A stretch of 64,000 nt of DNA, taken from Euprymna scolopes (taxonomy: Eukaryota). The stretch is taken from assembly GCA_053919585.1 (NCBI GenBank), contig CM132804.1; one strand, given 5' to 3'. The notes below the pieces were generated by a model. The model was given only the letters and a program-made list of their open reading frames with translations. It searched no databases and had not been told where the DNA came from. The translations under genes were made by a program, and so were the position numbers. Positions 61,351 through 64,000 of the stretch are shown here, in pieces (the first letter of the stretch is position 1; the number at the start of each line of letters is the position of its first letter).

Positions 61351-62331
61351 CAGGGTGTCTTCAAATTATTTGCCACATTTGTTGGTCAAGAAAATTAAAT
61401 AACAAATAAATAAAGAAAATATTTTTTAATGTACGTTCACACAGTCTTAAATATCAAACCAGTCAAATGTTTCCAATCATTACTGCCACACGATTGTAGA
61501 CGTTCACTAAAGTTTTTAATAACCCACTGGAGCATTTCGAGTTGAATAGCAGCAATTTCTGAACGTATAGCTCGCTTTAATCCTTCAAGACATTGAGGAC
61601 GATAGCTGAATATTTTTTTACTTCAAATATCCCTACGAGAAAAAAAAATTTCAACGGTTTAGAGCAAACTATTTTGCATGCCAACCAATATCAACACGAC
61701 AAGAAATCAAGTGATTTGTGAACATTTCCTTTAGAATTCCTATTGCACGTCTAGATGCGAAGTTGCACCGTCCGGTTAAAATCATACATTATTTCTATAT
61801 TCCAGTTCATTAGGTTTGGTTTTCAGAAAGTTGTTTGGTATGACACAATATCGTTCAGAAGTAACTGTCACTGCAACATTGTCATCTTCGAATAAGTGCG
61901 TGTCCCAAATGTGAAATATGTGTAAAAAATGCATAAATACAGATATAAATAAATTTTAACCTAATAAAAATAAAATAGCAATCTTAGGTACATTTTTAAA
62001 ATTCTTCATTTAACTGTTATTTGATTTTTATTCCATGAACAAAGTTTCTTTCTTAGAACTGCACATCTGTGGAACTCTCTTCCCTTTGCCTGCTTTCCAG
62101 CTGACTATAATATGGTCATCTTCAAGTCCAATGTAAACAAGTTCTTGATGAGCCGTTCCCCTGAACTAATCTAATTTACCAAATTTCCACTACTAACAAT
62201 TATGACGACATTGTCCCATTTACCACTGTACGCTTATTAAACTTCATCCTCGAATAGCCTACGGACCTTGATAAGTGGTGACTCCTTTGTAAAAAAAAAA
62301 CAAATGTGTCAGATCATTTTAGGGCACTCTG
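61351..62331 (-). mobile_element. Tc1/mariner-superfamily element, internally deleted, both TIRs present
   Basis: TA|cagggtgtcttcaaattatttgccacatttg ... caaatgtgtcagatcattttagggcactctg|TA. Minus strand encodes DGATS, GYLK..IFSYRPQCLEGLKRAIRSEIAAI..EML..VIKNFSERLQSC. Confidence 0.85.
62030..62300 (+). mobile_element. CR1 family B 3' fragment nested in the Tc1-like element
   Basis: FHEQSFFLRTAHLWNSLPFACFPADYN..FKSNVNKFL, ccttgataagtggtgac, poly(A) at 62291-62300. Confidence 0.88.
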
Positions 62332-64000
62332 TATATAACCTTTTCTTTTCACCTAAAAATATTCGTGCCAGAGTTTTTTTTTTCTTTTCTTTGTGGTCTC
62401 TACATACAACGGTTGGTCCATTTTAAATGTAATAAGAACGTTACACTAAGTAATTCAGATAATTTTACTTACATTGACTATTTTTGCGTGTACGTAATAA
62501 GGGTCTTATTCGACGGAAAAAAAAACATCTCAGCTAATTTCGTAGTGGAAGACCTCATCATTAAAATTACATGACCTGCTTAGTTACAGGATAAAGCTTA
62601 GTGGCCACAGACCCACAATATTGGCTATTATGACAGATGGGCAGTGTCTGTTTCATTTGTCAAACAAATTGAGGGATTTATTTGTCTTTTTAAATGTAAT
62701 TTTTAAAGTTTCCTAACGCTTTTTGTAAAGAACGCTAATTCATTATCGACAATCTCGCTGTTCGACAGAACTTGCTTGCTTCTACTTCAGGCGTGACGTC
62801 AGTTTTCAGTAGCTAGGCCTACTATTTACGTCGATCGTGGTTCAGACCCGCTTCAACGCCACCTAAACCTGCAAAGTAAATATATCTAATCTTGGATGGA
62901 CGCCAGTAAGGAGTTCCAAGCGTTCAACTGACCCCCCGCCTACACTGTATCTTCTGAAGGTTCGTCTATTCTTGTGCTATTCGTTCTAGAAGGCAAATAT
63001 AGCCGTCTGGAGCCAGCGTTTAGTCGGATAGCTGTTTCCCACAGTGATAAATTAACTCGCAGATTATAGTGAATATTTTTTGCGCCCTCCCGCTTCCTCG
63101 ACAAATTAGGGGAGGAAAGTATTTTGACATTTATAATATCGTAAGTTTCCTGTTGCAATTATTCGGTTAGTCGGGGAAGGGGAAGAGAAAGAATATAATA
63201 AGAACAGAAATAAAAAAGGGGTTCAGCGAGATGGTAAATAAGAAGAGAAGGAAGGAGGTAAATGACGAAAGGGGATGAAAAACAGCACAGCAAGGGGAAG
63301 TGAAGAGCGGGGTAGGGAGAAGATAGGTGAAAAAGACAGAATATAAGAAAGGCGAAACAGGGAGGAATACAATAATAAGCAATAAAAAGAGGAAAAAAGA
63401 AGAAAAAAACAAAGAATGAATTAAGCAAATGCATGTCACCATTGGAACTATATATGTACTAAGCTACTCGTGACTCGTTGGGTCAGTATATATTATACCT
63501 AGCTATGGAATAGTGAGTCAACCGAATTAATGTATAAACTCGCAAAAATTGAATGCACGCGTGCGAAAACAAACAGTGAACAGTGAAAAGAATACGCAAT
63601 TTCGCGCGCCAAAAAATGAATGCACTCGCGCACAAAAACAAACATGGCGACCAGTGAAACACGTCTTAACATCGTGGCCCTAAAATTAAATGGTAAATTC
63701 TTTATATAAGAGAGTTGTAATCCGTTTAAAAGAAATGAAAATATATATATATAAGGAGAAAGTATGCANNNNNNNNNNNNNNNNNNNNNNNNNNNNNNNN
63801 NNNNNNNNNNNNNNNNNNNNNNNNNNNNNNNNNNNNNNNNNNNNNNNNNNNNNNNNNNNNNNNNNNNNNNNNNNNNNNNNNNNNNNNNNNNNNNNNNNNN
63901 NNNNATATCAGGAAATAATAATTAACTCATTAAGTAATGTTTAACATGCAGACCTTTTTCAACACAAATCTTTTTGTAAAAAATTAAATGCCCCTATACA

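Overview
AT-rich, repeat-dense animal genomic DNA with nine N gaps and many (TA)n/(CA)n/(GA)n tracts. The U2 and 5S fragments look invertebrate; a mollusc or cephalopod origin is only a guess. I found no credible host protein-coding exon, and nearly all short ORFs in the track are microsatellite or antisense artefacts. The window holds many decayed transposons: two families of CR1/L2-group LINEs (APE+RT, one near full length), a Ty1/copia element, a Penelope-like GIY-YIG remnant, two Tc1/mariner remnants, non-autonomous Helitron-type elements, MITEs/fold-backs, 5S-derived SINEs, an RTE-type non-autonomous element and a U2 snRNA fragment. The most notable signal is non-coding: more than a dozen type I hammerhead ribozyme (HHR) motifs from several unrelated families. 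Two are structurally complete (6453-6501, 30825-30876). In three sequence-unrelated families the HHR lies just downstream of a tRNA-like Pol III promoter head (6.4 kb, 14/33 kb, 16.1 kb), and one of these forms ~300-bp tandem units. This resembles a retrozyme/SM-alpha-like system of small self-cleaving RNAs, plausibly mobilised by Penelope elements. All folds were worked out by eye and coordinates may be off by a few bases.
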